From IMG/VR virus record IMGVR_UViG_2541047870_000002: 42,586 bases of DNA, one strand, 5' to 3'. A program made the position numbers and the translations under genes. This stretch comes from a virus (taxonomy: Duplodnaviria; Heunggongvirae; Uroviricota; Caudoviricetes). The notes under the pieces are model-generated. The model saw only the letters and a program-made list of their open reading frames with translations, ran no database searches and was not told the origin of the DNA. Below, piece by piece: positions 40,210 to 42,586 of the stretch. Every line of letters begins with the position of its first letter. Position 1 is the stretch's first letter.

Positions 40210-40910
40210 CTATTGTCTGTGAATTATTTGTCTGGCATATGTTAATGAATGTTTTGAGGATTCACAACCAATAGTATGGGCTAACGTCATCCTACATTTG
40301 AGGTGGCCAAAAATAAGCAATTTTTAGTAGGCACGAAGTTGAGCACCATCGCCCATTCATATCTGTGTGTAAGTTGTATCAGACAGAGTCTGAACTAATG
40401 AAATAGAATTAATCCCATATTGTTACTAATCGAACAGTTATTCTGAGATGTTACATTGTAACGAGGGTATATCGTTGGGTATGCCTGAGGTATTGCACAC
40501 CATTAGACCTACGGCGAACTTCCCCTGTCTCCAGACGTTGCTGATACTAAAGATAACGGTGCTGCATTTTATCAGAATTGCCATAGAGAATTGCATTATA
40601 GTAAAAATGAGAAAGAACTAATTGAGATGCATTGCGTTAATATAAACCGATTACAGAAATAAAATTGTTTATTAAAGTCACATTTAAGATGTAATACCCT
40701 ACTTGGTAAAAATTTTCTCTGATCATAATTTCTGCAAATATTAATTGCTATTTTTATGCTAAAAGTGGTTATCAAAACTCAAAAACACATGTTGATAATC
40801 AATGAGTTAGGGAGATGCTAAGAGCTAATGAGTTATATGCAAGTTAGTAAAATTATGTTGCTATATCAAATAGTTGAGAATTAATCATCTAACTAATGTT
40901 ACGCCATATG

Positions 40911-41060
40911 GGTTGGACTGAAGCGGCTGACCTGATTGTTAAAGGTATGGAAGGCGCAATCAATGCCAAGACCGTAACCTATGACTTCGAACGTCTGATG
41001 GAAGGCGCTAAATTGCTGAAATGTTCAGAGTTTGGTGACGCGATCATCAAGAATATGTAA
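40911..41060 (+). pseudogene. icd: 3'-terminal fragment of isocitrate dehydrogenase gene (icd'), marks the attR junction
   Basis: Translates to [49 protein letters not shown]-stop, recognised as the Icd C-terminus; no upstream icd sequence. Confidence 0.8.
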
Positions 41061-41082
41061 TCTCTCCATGTGTTAAATATTG

Positions 41083-41116
41083 AAACGGGCGTATAACACG
41101 CCCGTTGTTTTATTTA
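41083..41116 (+). terminator. intrinsic terminator following the icd fragment
   Basis: Stem AACGGGCGT/ACGCCCGTT, 5-nt loop, then GTTTTATTT. Confidence 0.6.
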
Positions 41117-41162
41117 TGTGGATATTATTAATAGCATATCGAGCATATTTATATAAAACCCT

Positions 41163-41486
41163 TTACTTGAGCCCATATGGGCATATTTTTATAATGCAAC
41201 TATTATGCAAACATTTATTTGTTATTTTGCTTTCTCCTGGAGGACACTCTTGACTGCTTTTGAGTAGACTCCATAAATCCTTGTTGAATGGTGCGATGTT
41301 ATAAATAGTAATAGGATATTCTTTATCTTTAAGGATAATACCAGATTTAACCGGTTTAAATATACTGCCAGGAGGGAGAAATATAGTAGATTGATACCAG
41401 ATGATCATTTTCATATCACCCCATATGACTGAAAAAGATATACCGCATGTAGGTTGAATTACCGTGTCAATTACTATCCACTTCAT
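41163..41486 (-). CDS. iraM: anti-adaptor protein IraM (host gene)
   Basis: 107 aa beginning [19 protein letters not shown]…, recognised as E. coli IraM. Confidence 0.8.
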   Translation of the reverse strand: MKWIVIDTVIQPTCGISFSVIWGDMKMIIWYQSTIFLPPGSIFKPVKSGIILKDKEYPITIYNIAPFNKDLWSLLKSSQECPPGESKITNKCLHNSCIIKICPYGLK

Positions 41487-41928
41487 TTGTTATGTCTTAT
41501 CCCACGGTATTTAATATAGTTCATTTGGATATTCATTTCTTTATTTTGCATATGAGTATATTACCCCTTCAAAAAATAAATTAATTAAAACGATTGCTTA
41601 TATAAAACAAAATTTAAAGCAAGGAATCTCAATGGATGTTAAACAAAATGAGATTTAGTGAAAACAATAAATTATTCACTTCGTTTTAGATTTGTTTAGC
41701 TATAATGTTATACATTCAAATGACTGAACATCCTGTAATTAAAACATAGCCTTTATGCTACTTGGTGCCAATTTGCTAAACATTATGGTTGCTTTTTTAT
41801 ATAACGATAATAATGAATATAAGCATGACATGAGAATAAGGTTCCAATTTTTGAGTTATATAGGAAAGGTTTAACCTGTTCCTGGCTAAAATACATATAA
41901 CTGGATGATGACTAAACCAAAACACATG

Positions 41929-41980
41929 TGCGTTAAGTATTGAAACGGGCGTATGGCACACCCGTTGTTTTTATAAATAT
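41929..41980 (+). repeat. second, diverged copy of the icd-terminator region (about 50 bp, roughly 85 percent identical by eye to 41066-41116)
   Basis: catgtgcgttaagtattgaaacgggcgtatggcacacccgttgttttt versus catgtgttaaatattgaaacgggcgtataacacgcccgttgtttta. Confidence 0.5.
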
Positions 41981-42181
41981 ATTAACCGTTATAAAATAAC
42001 GTATAGAAAGTCAAGTGATCACATTTCAAATATCAATTTGATAGTATTGGCCTGGTGATTATTTATGGGTAGCAATAAAAGGACAGTATTTATCATCCAT
42101 AGGGATAGTCTCTGTACTTTTATTCCCATTATGCTAATGCCTTACTGAATTATGAAGCATTTCTTTAGTATCCAACTTTAG

Positions 42182-42586
42182 CTAGATTAATGGTTTATTA
42201 TTTTCTACATCTTCAATATATAAAAGCGTATTATCAATGGCGTAGTAACTGCGTTTGTTATGATTAACATCAGTAACCCAACGGAAAACGCCCGCGCCTG
42301 CTAGTGTTGAACAGTATTCCCGAAATGTAGATTTTCCGCAAATATGAAGCAATGCGGCCTCTTTTATTTTAGCAGGGTTCTTGGTCGTACTAACTTTTAA
42401 CAGGTTCCTGGTTCCTCTTAATAACAAAACCGTATCATCGTGAGTAATAATTCTGATGTTATCCGTAGCCAGATAATAAATGTAATGTGCAATACGGTGA
42501 TGTTTTAATTCTGAATAAAACCAGGAGAAGTTTTGCTCTTTTCTCACTTGCTCAAACATCTTTTGAAAAACAACGACCTGATCCAT
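42182..42586 (-). CDS. ycgX: host protein YcgX-like (DUF1398-type); start codon coincides with the window edge
   Basis: 134-aa ORF downstream of iraM in the order expected for the E. coli icd locus (from memory). Confidence 0.5.
   Translation of the reverse strand: MDQVVVFQKMFEQVRKEQNFSWFYSELKHHRIAHYIYYLATDNIRIITHDDTVLLLRGTRNLLKVSTTKNPAKIKEAALLHICGKSTFREYCSTLAGAGVFRWVTDVNHNKRSYYAIDNTLLYIEDVENNKPLI

Overview
The window is an almost complete ~41 kb lambdoid prophage of the e14 type, integrated at the 3' end of icd, followed by host chromosome (icd 3' fragment, iraM, ycgX) at the right edge. Left to right: a two-gene AT-rich cargo cassette, int/xis, a leftward early operon (HD-domain hydrolase, YfdQ-like, YfdP-like, small first gene), an immunity region with CI-like repressor, Cro and repeated operator motifs, an O-like replication gene with internal iterons, PerC-like and LexA-DBD-like regulators, frameshifted rusA, KilA-N and DUF968 proteins, Q antiterminator, a lambda-like lysis cassette (holin, R, Rz/Rz1), HNH-TerS-TerL-portal-protease-HK97 capsid, a Mu-type contractile tail module, tail fibre and assembly chaperone, then cargo (O-antigen-type acyltransferase, IS3, GIY-YIG protein). 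The most interesting candidates for undescribed accessory functions are four AT-rich, often reverse-oriented morons at classical moron slots: (i) a soluble 298-aa protein plus a 4-TM membrane protein beside int, (ii) a TerB-repeat/BRCT protein wedged between OL and cI, (iii) a KAP-family P-loop NTPase between Q and the late promoter, and (iv) a GIY-YIG protein at the attR-proximal slot. All domain calls are from motif recognition by eye; no searches were run. Coordinates of features not taken from the ORF track may be off by 1-2 nt.
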